The notes beneath the pieces were generated by a model. It was not told the DNA's origin and ran no database searches. It saw only the letters and a list, made by a program, of their open reading frames with translations. This document shows, piece by piece, positions 25,973-41,669 of a DNA stretch of 64,000 nucleotides; positions within the stretch are counted from its first letter, which is position 1; every line of letters starts with the position of its first letter. The DNA comes from Chrysomallon squamiferum (taxonomy: Eukaryota > Animalia > Mollusca): assembly GCA_012295275.1 (NCBI GenBank), contig CM022672.1, forward strand, positions 2,666,001 through 2,730,000. The letters run 5' to 3'. A program made the position numbers and the translations under genes.

Positions 25973-26653
25973 TATACAAATAAATAAAATATATGTAAAT
26001 AAAAATATGCTCAAAAATAAATACATAAATAAACAATGAAATTTCAAAAAAAAGAAGAAATATGCACAGAAATAAATAAGCATTAAATAAATAAATAAAA
26101 TAAAATGAATACATAGCTAACTACACAAAAAAAACATTTAAATAAATAAATAATAAACATATAAACAAATCTGCTGTACAATATTTTTCACTTACCACTC
26201 ACTAATCAATAGAGATTTTAAAAGCAAAAAAAAAACAAAAACAAAACAAACAATATTCCTCTGTTCGTTTTTATTGATTACAGTATCAATACTTCATTTT
26301 GTACAGAAACCATTTCATTAATTTTATAGCAATCTGGCAGATTATATCTCTGTTTCCTTATTAATAATTTACTCACATTCCTCTACAATCAATAGTCCCA
26401 TGTCAGAATGAGTATTCCACAAATTACAGACAGAGAGGGCAGTGGATATAGAATTTTAATATTACAGTTCATTACAATTTTTACCTTCATACCTGTGCTA
26501 TACAAGCCAGTGGCCAGTATCAGATAACGAGTCTTGTAATGATCACACCTGAATCATAATCACTGACTAAAGGTATAGACTGGTGTTTTATAATCAGGGA
26601 AAATGTCTTCTTTATTGTTAGTAGAGCTTGTTTTAGTAAGAAAGAAATAATAA

Positions 26654-26685
<32 letters not shown>

Positions 26686-27001
26686 TTTTTTTTTTTTTTT
26701 AAATATTTGTTGCTGTTCAAGAGATTCATGTGACTTCTGAATATTGCATGGAATCTAAAATTATTTTATAATAAAAACCTTCAGAAATATTCTAAGCAGT
26801 TTCCATGACCAATAGTACAACTGGCAATGAATAGTTTTCTACTTTATTATGTGATAGCTCAAGTGAATCCATGAACAATGTAGCATGCATGAGTGATCTT
26901 GCACTGCATAAAAAGTGGCCTGTTTATTGTAATAAACATTTCTTCCAGGTACACATCATCAATAGCAGCAACAACAACAATTAAATAGTTCTACAAACAA
27001 A

Positions 27002-27048
<47 letters not shown>

Positions 27049-27568
27049 TAACAACAATAACAATAACAATAACAATAGCAATAATGGGGATAATGGTAGT
27101 GTAGTACTAGTAGTAAAGATATTAATATCAGCAGAAGTCTCTTTTTGCTTTTTATTCATTTATTATTATTATTATTTTTTGTATCAATAAATTATAATGA
27201 AATTCTAATGCATGAATAAGCAAACTGACCATGAATACATTAGCTGTGAAAAAAGAAAGAAGAAAAAAAAAGAGATGAAAAGATTTTAATATTTAATTAA
27301 AGATGTATTTTCAAGTAACCATACATTTTTTTTTATACAAATCCACTAACTGAAAATACCTGATTACCATTATACAAAGCTACACAATGTCAGTGTAGAA
27401 ATAAAAGATCTCAGTCAGTATGAAAGGAAGCAATTAGATAATTGAGGCCAGTGACAAGTCTAGGCATATCGTATTGTTGTAAATATTGATAAGAATAATG
27501 AAATAAACAAGGTAAAGTGAAAATGTTTTATTATTATTTTATCTATTTTTACCATTTTTAATTTTTTT

Positions 27569-27612
<44 letters not shown>

Positions 27613-27744
27613 TATTATTTTTTTTTTGCATGAAAGATATTATTTTCTTCACAATATAAAATAATGGAATTTTGGTTTTATTTATTTATTTATTTTATGA
27701 TGATGATGATGATGATGATGATGATACTAGTAATAGTAATAATC

Positions 27745-27821
<77 letters not shown>

Positions 27822-29285
27822 CTTAGAAGTATAATTATGGTTGATAAACAAATCTTTATGCATGGAAGAATGATAGTTTGATAGGTGGATATATGGATGA
27901 ATGACAGAACAGTTGCTGGATAACAGAATGACATGGTCAGTGATGGCTACACTATTTCAGTACAAAGTATTCACATCATGAAGAACTGATAAAAATAACT
28001 CATTAATGAATACATCTTGAAAAATATTAGTACATATATTAATAATAATAATAAGAAGAAGAATTTGAAGAAGAAGAAAACAATGACGATGAAAAAGAAG
28101 AATGATGATGATGATAGTAATGATTATCACAGCCATGTGTATGAAACTATTTTAACTACTAATATTTTATACCACTACAATTAATAATAATAATAAGTAG
28201 AAGAAAAAGAAGAAGAAAAATAATGATGATGGTGATGATGATGATTATCATACCGCATCTGTAATACTATTACAACTACTATTAATGATGATGATGATGA
28301 TGATGATGATAATAATAATATCAAAATAAACATAGTAATGTTAACAACAACAACAATGGTTATAATAAGAAATTAATAAATATGCAAATTTTTTAATAAT
28401 CTTGGATTTTTTCATGCTTTATTTACTGAATACATCTTCAGAAATGGACATTAATTTCAATACATCAAAACCGACCAGTGAAACATTCACACCACTGTTA
28501 CATTCAAAGGACAATCAGTTGTGGATAAAGTTTCAATACAAAATTTAACCCATAAAGATTCTATCTAATGATCCATACATCTCTGTCCAAACAATGAAAC
28601 CCACTGACCATTTTATTAAAATTAATGTTGTATTATGCCAAGTTGCTCAGGTGTATCGTAATATTGGATACTGTCATTACCATTTCATGATTCTTCCTAA
28701 ATGATTCATGTACATTATTTAATTATTTATACGCACTTTATGACATTTAATCTATAACACTGGTGACTTGATGGTTTATGTTGCTTTTGATGTGGAAATA
28801 GTACAAGTTTGTTGTCATGAAAAACATGAGTTCTTTTTCTTTTTATTATTTAGGTTTGTGGGGCTATAGTGATAGATATAAAGACATTTAGTACAGAGAA
28901 AAATTCACAGGCTTTGCTATACCAGTTCTGCAGCACTATTTTATGTTTGAAATAACTATCTTCCATCTAAAGGAATTGATCCAACAACCCACCTGATCAG
29001 TAGCAGGCTCTCTACCTACTTCGCAATATCCTACTTCCTTACTGGTCTCAAAACAACTCTGTGTTCTCGATGACTGTCTGATCCATTTTCATTTTGTTAA
29101 AATTAAGACATATCCAACAGTCTAAATTTATTAAATGTCACTCCCCTATATGAAATATGTTGTAAAGGTATGCCATAATCAATATTACAACAGCTTACCG
29201 TAATATTAAACAGGATTTTTTTTTGCTTTTATTTATTTATTTTTTTAAATTAGAAAAAAAGAAGAAAAAGAAAATAAACCACTTT

Positions 29286-29345
29286 CAGTTAGCAGCAAAG
29301 GATCGATTGTCTGTACCTTCCCATAGACAGAAAGCACATGTTGCA
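29286..29345 (-). mobile_element. Decayed SINE-like core fragment
   Basis: TTAGCAGCAAAGGATC...GTACCTTCCCATAGACAG; further relics near 20110-20166 and 25170-25208 (+). Confidence 0.45.
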
Positions 29346-30289
29346 ATCCGTGAGAAACCAGCTATATGCCAGATCTGAGAGTCTCAAAGGATGATATGAA
29401 TACCTGAAAATAAAAAATTATATTATGATTATTATTATTGATAATTTACTTACCTATAAATATTTACATTTTGTTGTGTGGTGTCATATGTTTTATCTCA
29501 CTGAATAAATAAATAAAATTAAAATTTATGTAAATTTAAAAGCAAAGAAATTTTAACAGCAATTCAAGCAAATATCTTTAAATTGAGGTACTGGAAGAAA
29601 AAAAAGAGAAAAAAAAAAAGAGTGAAAATTGTATTTGTTGTTTTGAAAACTGCTAAAGAATCCAAACTCTTGTCAGATTATTGTTGAATATATATATGTA
29701 TATCATGGCCGTAACTACATCAAGGAATATCAGGTGAATGCATCATACCGATAAATGATGATCAAAAAAAATATATAAAAAAAAAGTATACAAATATTTT
29801 ATTTAAAAAATATAAAATATAAATCTCTGTTCCGACAGAAATGATATCATTGAATGAATTCGTTTATATCTACGGTTCCATTTGAAGTCTACCGACATAA
29901 CTGACTTCAACGACATCGTTTTCTTTTTTCAAAAACAGTCTAGTTATGGATGTGTGTTTATATATATATTAAATTGTGAAATCAGTTGTTTATTTATTTA
30001 CTACTACTACTACCACTACTGCTACTACTTTTGTAAGTATTACAAAAACATTCTTGTTTTGAGCACTATATCAATTAGTCAGTTTTCACTGATTCATAAA
30101 ATAATTAACATAACCAAGATTTTATTGATATACCTTTCATGACATATTTTACAAAATAACTATAAATTCCCCAGATTCATGAAACCAGACCGACATATTT
30201 TTGAGATAATTATAAATTGTTGGTGAAATCCCCCTGATTCATTCAATAAATTAAGATTCAAAACTTTAATAATATCTTAATTTGCAAAA

Positions 30290-30930
30290 ATCTAACAACG
30301 ACGGCATCAAAGTTCACTGAAACTTCACCCTGTGGCCCCTAAAATTAGCACACTTGACGCTCCAGTTGTGCAGACCCCTTGACCTGTAACAATATATCTC
30401 AGCCAACTTAATTAATACACAGCAAACGTCAGCTCATTAATATGTGCTGACACCCACAACAGGCGAGCTTTACAATTGCCAAATTGCATCAGACAATTGA
30501 ATTGCTCCGCACAGTAATAAAATTACTGTCATGGCGGACGGTCTCCACCAATCGTTCATCACCATCGGTGCTGACTGCAGCTGTATTGCATCTGCCGTGA
30601 TAATCAATCTGATTGGTTGCGAGTGTTGGCGATTTTGGGGTAATCGAGCTAAAAGTCTGAAGAGAATCGGCCTGTGCTTCTGCTACCAGTTGTCAGTGAT
30701 GCGTGCCGAGAGTGTAATGAGGGAGGGGGGGAGAGAGCATGATGTTCGGAATTTCACACTTCCTCCCGTGTGCGCCAGCTGGGAGTGATAATAGGCACGT
30801 GCCACGCTTGTTAATGTTTCTTTGTTGTCGGACAGTTTGGATCTTCGCGAGAGGGGCTAATCTAAAGGAAGCGAAATAAGAGGGGCCACGTTGCCTTTTC
30901 ATTAAACAGCTGTGAGACCATGTGCCATTC
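30290..30930. promoter_or_regulatory. CpG-retaining enhancer-like non-coding block
   Basis: High-complexity, GC/CpG-richer stretch with TAATTAA, ATCAATC/CTGATTGG, TGACCT and CACGTG (30796-30801) motifs; no convincing ORF. Confidence 0.4.
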
Positions 30931-31046
30931 TGTTGAAGTGTTTTCCATTCTCGTTCACAACAAAAACCAAAATAAAAAAGAACGAAAAAAAAAAAAAAAA
31001 AAACCACACACAAAAAAAAAACACGACGTGTGCCACTAAACGCGTG

Positions 31047-31128
31047 AATCCCATTACAAACTAATGTGAATATTTAAACATGGAAATAAATCCCATTACA
31101 AACTAATGTGAATATTTAAACATGGAAA
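31047..31128. repeat. Tandem duplication, 42-bp period
   Basis: AATCCCATTACAAACTAATGTGAATATTTAAACATGGAAA occurs twice (31047, 31089). Confidence 0.92.
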
Positions 31129-34100
31129 ATAATAATAAAAAAAAAAACAACTAAATGCACAAAAACTGCCCGGTTTTGCTTTCTCATTATCTCTAGTTAT
31201 AAAAAGTAAATCGATATCATTTTTAAATTACTTTCATTGACAAGTGTAATGGACCGAGTGTCGTATGACATTTATTGCACATAGAGCTATCTATTAAAAA
31301 ATTATACCATCTTGCTTTTGAAAAGTCATGCATGGCGTAAAAACTAATCGGCAATAACTGATACAAAACAATGAAGCATTGTTCCCCCCACACACACACA
31401 CACCCTTCCCAGTCGTCAGAAGATATTGCAACGTACGTGTGTAAAGCAATTAGTATTCAGTTATTTGATTGATTTTTTTCTTCTTCCACATGCAATAAAT
31501 ACACAACACCGAAATATAGGTCATTCAGTTTTCAAAGTAATAATTCAAAATTTTCAATTTTAGCCCAAATTACTTTATTGATTAATAGATGTTTCTCATA
31601 ATTAATGATACAACGTGCCAAAAACAATTTGCAATAAAGTGAATTAATTATAATAAATCGGCAATTTTATTTACGAGAAGTTTAAAAATTAAATTAAAAT
31701 AAAAAATAAAAAAACGAATCTTGTTTATGTTATTAATGAGATAATTTGCATTTGAGTCGAGGTTCTAGTTTACTGAATACATTAAATATATATATTTTAT
31801 TTATATTTTTTGCTTATTTCTTTACATGATGTTTCTTTAATTAACAATAATAATAATAATAATAATTCTTACTATATCAATATTGCCCTTCATTTTAGTT
31901 GTAGTTAATTGCTTTATTCAAGCTAATACACTAAACTGTCTACAAAATAAATTTTATTACATAGTTTTGAAATCAGTTTTGCACTGCTAACAAAGGTGTA
32001 ATATGTTTTTTATTAACTGATTAGCATAATTTGTTGTTCAAATCAGTATGCGTTTTGTTTAGATGATTTTTGACATGGTTGTGTCTGAGAAATATTCAAG
32101 TAGGCCTTACATGGGAACAATGTCTAGCACAATGATACATGTCTGGCAAGATCGGTTCTATTTTATGAGTAATGTTCTGTGTTTAGATTCTAGTCAGTTC
32201 TTCAAATCTGACTCCAAAGGCAGTTCTGGAATGGGGGAAAAATGTGTAGTCTTTTAACATGGTCGTTATGCTTTAGTGTTATATTATTGTTAGATTACAA
32301 TTTTTTTTAAAATGTTATATAGCTTTGATTTACATTTTTATTTACAACATCATTATTAATAGCTTTTTCCCTCTCTAATGTTTCTAATTCAAATTATATT
32401 GCAACTGGCCTGCTACTCATAAACAACTCCAGTGGGAGTGATGTCAACCGATGTTGTTAACAACTGTTGTTTTCCTTTAATTTCCAGTAGAACACGGCAC
32501 AAACACGAATATTTTCATTTCTGAACTTTGTCACCTTTTATTAAAAGAGCCATTCTGGCCTGGCTGAGCAAACAAACAGAAAAGCTCATTAAATCAAAAT
32601 TGTCACATTTTATACACTAAACATCTCCCCGTGAAGATCAGCCATTTTGGACAATGGACAGATGCAAGATGGAGTACTTTTGTATTCATTCACAAGTGAA
32701 ATCTTTATTTCTTTGGGATCACACTTCCTTTAACACAACTCGAGTTCTCGAGGGCCACTACAGCTGCGTTCCACAATGAACCGGACAGATGGCAGATTTT
32801 TTATTAAACTTTTTTTCCCTCCTCTCTTTTATCTGACGTTTCTAGCTGATGGGACAGATTTTTGTTTGTGAATATATTATGGAAATTAGGTGAAAACTGT
32901 CTTGAAATTATGATGTAATTTTTCAAAAACTCAGTTGGTTTTTAATTTTTAGACGCTTTTAAAAAAAAAAAAAAAAAAATATATTATTATTCATTCATAT
33001 AGATGATTTATATACATATATAATGTACACATTATACTAGTTCAAAGAGAATATAATATTTTGTATTAATATAACTTGCAGTTGTTTATGCTGTTTTCAA
33101 CTACTGCAGTAACTGATAACCTCATATGTGTATGTGTGTGTGTGTGTGTGAAATGTCTGATTTATGCTACCATAAATATGTATGTATGTATGTGTATACA
33201 TATATATACATTTACATATTTTATTCTAATCTTTTTTTAGCCATATTTTTGTAAATTATTTTATTTTTCATTGTTACTAACTTTTCAGTGAGTGCTTCAT
33301 GAACCAAATAATGAATACAAAAATTCAGTTTCCCCTCACATGGCTTTAAAAAACCCTGACCTGTTAAACTTTAAGTTAAAGAAAGCAAAAAAGATGTCAT
33401 CAAGTTCACAGACCTGATTAACTGTTCAATAAACCAATTTTTGGTGGATTTTAATCTTTCAACCTGATGATTTAATTTGGTCATTGGAGCAGCTAGCTTT
33501 GATGGAACAGTTAATACATCATATTAAAGATTAAAAGTTCAGAAATTGCTTACCATTTCCACCTGTTGTTGAGAACTAACTAGAGGTTTTATTACCAACA
33601 TCAGCTTCTATCAAAAGATAATTGGGGGAGTATTAAACAACCCTACAAAACCCTGTGGCTAATGCTACTGATAGCAAAAAACGTCTCATGTAGATAACGC
33701 AAACTGATAGACTGGGTGTTGGAGACAGGTAGTTTGAACCTTCTGTAGATATAAATAAGCATGATGATTGATTTTTGCACCTGGAAATCATAGAACTAGT
33801 GACTTGGTGACCTATCTAATGTACATTTTTGGTATTCAAACACTTCATTATGGAAAATTATTTAATGCATGATGGTTCATCTCCTGACATGATCATTTTG
33901 ACAAATGGAGGTTTCTCATCAGACAGGTGACATCTGTGAACCAAAATGATGAATTAAAAATCTTAAAAATAGTTTGATTTTCTGTCCATGCGATGATGAC
34001 ACATTAGTCTTTTAATAAACAGTGTTAGGCATTAACTGTGGATAACTTGGTAGAATGACCCAGCCTAAATGAAAGGTAATTAGCTATATTTCTGGATGAA

Positions 34101-35814
34101 AGACTTGAATTAAAGCCTTAAAAATAGTTTCATTATCCGGCCCTCTGACCCATTAGTCACCTGCATTTCCTCCACTGCCCACCTCTCTAATGACACCCAT
34201 GTGACCTTTGTCACCATAAAAGCCCGCTCATCCCAACAGATTAATTAATCCTTTGAGAAAGCCCATAAATTACCCATTTACACACAAAACCTCTGAAGCC
34301 AAATGTACCGACATTAGTAGTTAAGCAATTGCCTTTAGGAGTGGCAGACACTTAGAACAAGTCCTGTTACCAGTAAATCATTTACATCCATTTAAGGTCC
34401 AAGCACATCTGTCACGGCTACAATATCTATCTAAATCTGTTTTCAGAGTTCATTGGTTAGATGTCGGGCTCCTACACTAATTTTACGATCTAAAATAATC
34501 TGCTAATATGTTAATTTATAAATCAAAATTTTTAATGTCATTAAGCTGTTTTATGCAATGTACAGATTATAGCCCGATGGTTTGAGCACAGGCCTAAGGC
34601 ATGATGGGTCACAAGATCAATCTTCATTGGGCTTTTTCCCAGTTAAGCTATAACCCAGTCACATGTTTATCAATGTTTCTGTCTATAGAAATACATATTG
34701 CTGAACAGTTATAGTATCCCGTTTATATTTGTGATCTACAGTTCAACTTTACTTATCACACAAATACAGACTATGACTCATTTTGAGCACCAAATCCACA
34801 TTCTGTATTGTGAAGTAAGCTTTATACAAGTTTGCTTGAAATTTTCAAAACTTTAGCAAATTCTACATGAACAGCTTAGTATATTTTTATATTAACAGCA
34901 ATTAAGTTACAACATATATCTTTTTTCTTTATTTTTTTTTTTAAAGATTTGTTATCTTTTATTCATTCCTTTCTTATTCCATGAATAAAAAGTGGATACC
35001 AAAGCCTTGGATCCACCATTCATGGAACACCAGAGAACTGATCCTGTGACCACTCAAACAAGCTCTGGTCTCCATAATGAGTTCTCAGTGAGTCCAAGAT
35101 ATTATTACAACTTCTTCATTTCTGTGAAGGTACAGAATGCAAAATATTGTAAATGACACGTGATATCAGGTGATCTTTTAAATGCATTGACTCTTTAATA
35201 AACCACTCATAGAATACTTGTTAACCGAGAAAAAAAATCCAGTGGGAGTCCTAAGGAGGTTTGATTCTGCAACTAATGATGCCTCTGATAATCATTTTTC
35301 TAATAATCTATCACAGAATGTCCATGACAAAGAGTGTTCTTATCATAGATAGGTTCATTGCCTTGTTGACTTCAATTCAAAGATTTACTGGTTCTGTTTA
35401 CATAAAGATATAATGTATCAAATATCACAGATCTTCTGGTTTCAACAGATAAACTTTGGTGGTCAGTCTCCACATATATCCTTGATTGTCTACATATTTT
35501 TGATTAATTTTCAGACATTTTCTTTCTTTGTTAAAGTATAATCTGGTGGTGGTGGGGGAGGGAAAAGAAGTGTAAATATGTTTAATTTTTTATTTTATTT
35601 TTTCCAAGCTTTGCTGTACTTATTTCTTCTTAGATTATTATTTTGGTGATACAAACAAATAGTATAAATACATTTTCTATGCTTCAGAATATTTCTTGTC
35701 AACATTTATTTTTCAGGGCAGGGAAGAACAAAAATATTTTATTCTGGGTTGATACATTTGTTCCTAGTTAAATGTTGAAACAAATAGCTTATATATTTAT
35801 ATTGAGACCAAAAT

Positions 35815-36430
35815 TATAATGAGAAAGGAAACCTGCTACAGCTATTCAAAGAAATACTTGTTTAATTAGCAACAAGTGATCTCTGACTTATGTTCCCAAT
35901 TAAGGACATCATATACAGTGGCCTGAGCTACCAAGTAGTGATCCTGTAGCCCATTGTCCTTTATTCCTACACTCTACCCTTGAGCAACAGTCGATCCCTT
36001 ATTTATTATCTCTCAGTGTGATAACACAAGTTCATTATGGGATATTCTAATCAGCAAGCAGCAAGGGATCTTTTTAATGCACCTACCACTGATAAGGAAG
36101 CAAATCTGATTCATAACCTGCTATATGTAACTAACTGATATTATGTTACAGCTCAGACATTCACCATAAAGGATTGATCTTGCAAATCATCAGTCCTCAG
36201 TCTATCACTCTAACTACTACCATGGACTGTAGAGAATTGATTTTACAATCATCACACAGAAGTTCATTAATCTCACCACAGAGAACTGATCTAGCAAACT
36301 GTCACCCTTTAAGAACTTCATAATAATCACTATGGAGGATTAATCTAGCAAAGCCACTGTGGTACCAAACAGAGGTTCTTTGTGCAACCCATGATCTTTC
36401 AGTTGATCACTCTAACCACTGAACTATACA
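35815..36430 (-). mobile_element. Cluster of decayed SINE-like fragments
   Basis: GAGAAAGGAAACCTGCT...TTAGCAACAAG, then AGCAGCAAGGGATCTTTTTAATGCACCTACCAC, then repeated head-like GATTGATCT/GAACTGATCT units. Confidence 0.45.
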
Positions 36431-39400
36431 GCTCATTGCACTTCAGCTGTAGACCCCATGTTGTCAAGGAAATTGTGTAGAAAGTCTGATATTCACACCA
36501 TACACTGGTTAAATAACAACCCTATTATCACTGAAAACATTGCCTGTGAAAATGTACTGACTAAACCCTAACCACATACAGTTACTTAATATTAACACAA
36601 ACACTCGGCTTTTGTTCTCTTGTCTGAAAATGATTCATTGCTGGATCCGGAAATTAAAATGTACACGCTTCACTAGTGGATTTTGAAATTCTGCTGTGAT
36701 GATAGTGTCTATACATACAACAACAAATTTCCAATTTTGAAAAAGTTAACACGTATTTTTTGTCAGTGTGACCAAAAGATTAAATTAAACTATTCTGCAG
36801 TGTACCAATTTAATTTATTCATAAGAGTGAGGTATTATGAAATCTCTCTGACTTGTATTACAGTTCCCATATTGCTGTAGAGTTAAATGAAAGTATGGTG
36901 TGTTGTATACGTATGTGCCTGTGTATGTGTGAATGTTTGTTCATATGTCTGCTGTAAGAGCATATGTGAATAAACTAGGACTGTTTGAATTAGAATGGGA
37001 AATAATACAGTTTTGATGTTTTATATAACATTTGTGTTTCTAAATAGGGTATTTGATTAGTTCATCTGCAACACTAATTTCAGACATGATGATTAACAAA
37101 ACACTAAAAACCACAATCAAACTCGTGAAATAAAGCATTAATGATCTAAGTTATGGTAACATTTGGGCAATGATGGGTTTTAAATTAAATTGTGAAGTTT
37201 AATCAATTATTGTCATTGGTTTCTTTCAAAAAAATTGTAGCACAAATTTTTATTATTTTTATTTTATTTTCACATTGTTAACTGAATAATATTAGTGGAA
37301 TACTTTTTGCATGAAACACATGACACCCATTCTGAATCTTTGACCAAACTGTCACTTATTATTTGTCAGGTAAAATAAAAAGCCTAAGTCAGAGGGATCT
37401 TTATTGCACAGGTGGAAGTCATTTGCACTATGACTGGCTGAACTGATTAGTCATCTGGCCTTACTGAAATCTTTGTCTTGGTTTAGGAGTTGACAGAAGG
37501 AATGCTGCTATCTATAATAGTTAATTTACTGTACATGTTATTCATGACAGTGCTGGTGTCTGCACTCTGTCACCATGGTTGCCATGGTTATTTTACACTT
37601 CCAAACATCAGTAATCAAGACTATATGAGAGTACTGTACGATACATTGAGAATAAATTTATTATAGCATTTATAAAGAAATGTATTATATACGAATAAAA
37701 TAAAACAAATTGTATTTTAAAGTGAAAGAAAAAGCTATTAGTAACCAAGAAATGACAGCAGTCCAGAGCATTACAATCAACCCCTCCAAAAATCAAGCCA
37801 CAGATCTTCTAAGAATATTATTGCTAAGTATTTTATAATATCAAATACATATTCTCGAAAATTCTGCAAAGTCAGCTCAGCATACTTAAGCAATATGTGA
37901 GAAAAAAAAAAATAACCCAGTGATCATTTCTTTTCAGGAGCAAGCTTAGGACAAGTCTTTTCATTAACAGCTAATCTCCAGCAATGACTGTCACAAAAGG
38001 CAAAATTAATCTCATTAAAAATAACAGGATGAAAAAAGGAAAAAAAAAAGATTAATTATGAATCAACAAACATTTAACAGCTTGAGCAAGACTTAACAGA
38101 TTAACCAGTGTGAAAGGAAGGAGCACAGCAGATGTCTGCTGGCAACACAGCAAGGTATCTTTTAATACGAAGCTCACATCTTTGATTTCATTGTAATTAG
38201 TTATATTATATTATGTTATGTAAATCTATGTACATTCCAGGAGATTCATTACAAATAAATATATGCAAAAATATTCTAAAGGGTCTTAATATTTTAGTGT
38301 TTCATTTAAAATTACAATGTTCATGAAACAAAAATTATAAATGTAAAGAATAAAAGAAACAAACACCAGGTTCATAAAAAATTAAAAAAAAAAAAAAAAA
38401 ACCTTGAAAAAATACAAAAGCATGAAATTCTGTTTTATGTTTTGCCAGTGATGTGTCTTAAGCAAAATGACTTAAATGAATTTTATATTCTTTCAAATTT
38501 TTAATGGGAACAAAAGTACATAACATTTTTAAAAGTGAAATTCAAATAAAATATTTAGATATTTGAACATGTTCAACAGTGTGCCATTTTCTTCCACTAA
38601 ATTCCATCATTTCTGAGTCAGCTTCATGATTCCATCCTTCCAGAACCAGCACCTTTCTCTGTGATGGACTGGCCTGTGTACTTTGGTTTCATCCCAGTAT
38701 TTCATAGGTAGTATATTCTTTTTAATAACAGTATGATAATAATATAACAGTCCTTAAGCATATGTTGATGTCATTTTTGCCTCCTGTTATGTAGAAATTA
38801 AAAAAAAAAAAAAAAAATTTTAGTGATAATAATGGTAAACAATAAAAATAGCTTCATTTAACTGTACATAATCCTTTGATAATAATAAATATATAAATAC
38901 TAAAACTAGCCCATAAGGATAAATGACGCTAACAAAAACAGTCCCAAAATAAATACCGAATTAATCATTTGGAGTGTCTACAGCATGTTGTATGTAAAAT
39001 TTATTTTAATTGACACAGCACAAAATAAACATGTAACTGATAACATTAATTTACTGTGTTTGTTATCTCTAGGGTTATTCACAATATAATGAATTATTAG
39101 TGCCATTAATTCTGCTGTATAAAAATATAAGTAAACACACCAATGACATACACTCATATAAAGAATCCTATACACATACATACATACATTCATGATTTAC
39201 ATGCAGACAAAACACACACACATACACAGTCACACACACACACACACAGACATGCATAAAATAAGAATCACACACACAAAATTACACCCATTCAGTCACG
39301 TACAACATATTTACAAATGAAAAGCTCTCATAAATTCTCTCTCTCTCTCACTCACACACACACATACACACACACACAGACAAAAGACAAAAGACATATC

Positions 39401-39826
39401 CAGAAATACATTCATGTAAGCATGAAGAATAAGAAAAAGACATAATTAATCCCCTACTTTTGGCTGGTCCATCACGATGATTAGAAGATTCTTTGAAGTG
39501 TTTCTGGCTGGTGATAAGAAATGCAACTAAAGGATGTCTAAATGTCAGACTAATTAAGTGAGAACAAAAACAAGACTTGCAGAACTGTGCTCTCCTTCTT
39601 TACTGTATTTTCACCTTAAAACGTGAGCAACATTCTGAAAATACGTAGTAACTGTAGAAATAATACTATTAATAAATATATAAATAAATATAATAATGAT
39701 GATGGTGTTGGTGATAATATACTGATGATTATTATAACAGGGCAGTGATGATGATGATAAAATGATGAATAGAGTAATAAATAATTAAAAACAAATAAAT
39801 AAATAATAAACAAACAATAATGTGTA

Positions 39827-39857
<31 letters not shown>

Positions 39858-41669
39858 GTGCATAGTTAAAAATAAAATTAACTGACTTTTTAATAAAAAT
39901 GTAATTAGAAAAGTTATAAATTCACTTTTAAAAAAATCTATAAAGTATTAGTGTTTCCAGTGAGTACTGTGTATAATGTATGTTGAGTAACAGCATATTT
40001 TATTGTCATACTTGGAAATGATCAATGGTAGGTTGGCCAGATTTTTAATATGAGAAAAGTTATGTTAGCTATGAAAAACTCACTAGGACACACAACATAT
40101 TGGTGTCTATCTATCCATATTCTGAGTAAAAAGTAACAGAGCAAATAATAATGAAAGAAAAATAAAATAATGAAATATAGCTTAAATAAAGTGTAGAAAA
40201 TAAAAAAAAAAAAAGGGCAATAACAAAATAAAACAAAGTAATTTAAAAAAAAAAAAAAATGATTAAAAACCACCAAAACATTAAACTCAAAAATAATGAA
40301 AGTAAATGAAAGTATGATGAAAGAAAAATAAAATAATGAAATATAATTAATGATATATGTTTTTTTTTTTTTTTTAAATATAAAAATAATGATAAATGCA
40401 TGAAAAATAATTAAAGTAATAATAATAAAAAATGAAACATAATAATATAAAGTAATAATAAAAATAAAAGTATAATTAAATAAAGCAATAGATATCATTT
40501 TTGAACATGAATCTATTTCTAACAGTTTTACAAATGTACAGAACTGAATGACTAATAGCAGGGTTCATCTATTACATTATATCTTTTAAAGAATAAAAAT
40601 AACATGAATAAAATAAAAAACAAGAAAAACTATTTGTTTTATTTAATGGTTAAAACATAAGTAAAAAGTAAAAACAAATGAAAAAAACAAAAGAAAAATC
40701 TCCCATACCCTCTCTCTCTGCATGTGTGTGTGCCTGTGTATATAATTATAAAAACTCCAAGGACATTCATTCTGGCTTCTTTCACATTATTTTAAACATT
40801 TTTTAAATGAGTAATATTTTTAAAAATTTTAAACCATCATGAATTTTTTTTTTTCAGAAGTGAATCTCCACAATGACAAACTGGGGTCAAGTTTCACCCC
40901 CCCCATGGGTACCCTTAGTCTTCCCACTAGCTCAGCACCTACTGTCAGTTCTGCAGATGCTGACTGTTACACAGGAATATGTTAATTAGAAAGTTTTATT
41001 ACAGAGGCTGTATACTGAAGATTCCTGAAACACCTTCATGTTGTAAACATAATTAACAGTAATAATAACGAAGACCAGTCTAGTGTGAAAATGACAGTAA
41101 TCTGCAATACACATCTGTGGATAGATATATATTGCAAGTTTTATAGGCAATAGTCCCATCATTAGTTTGTTTTTAATTATTGTCTAGGTTTTGTCACAAT
41201 GTGAATGGTCAAGGTTTTCAAAAATACCTGGCTTATAATTGTTGTTATATTATTATTATTATCATAGTAGTAAGATCTGGTAGAACTCAGTAATGAGCTT
41301 TGATCCCTTTACCTGTTGTCTTAAAGCCAATAGCTTAACCAGTGAATCTATATTATTTTTTTTATTATTATTATTATTTTTTTTTTCATAAGTGTCTATT
41401 TATTTGTGATGGAATTCAGATGTACTTTTTCTGTCCCGAAAAACGGAATGACAGGCAAATTGAAAATGACAGGGAAATGGCAGAGAAAGGCAAAGCAGAA
41501 GATTGATGTGTTTACAAAGGTTATCAAGTGTTACGCTGTGTTACTGAGTGGAGCATGTCACTCTCTGACATTTTCTTTCTTCCACGTAAAAACATATCAC
41601 AGTCTACAGTACACTTTGAGGATTTCTGCATATATCAGTTTCCCAATTACTCCAGTGGCAGGTTGTTCC

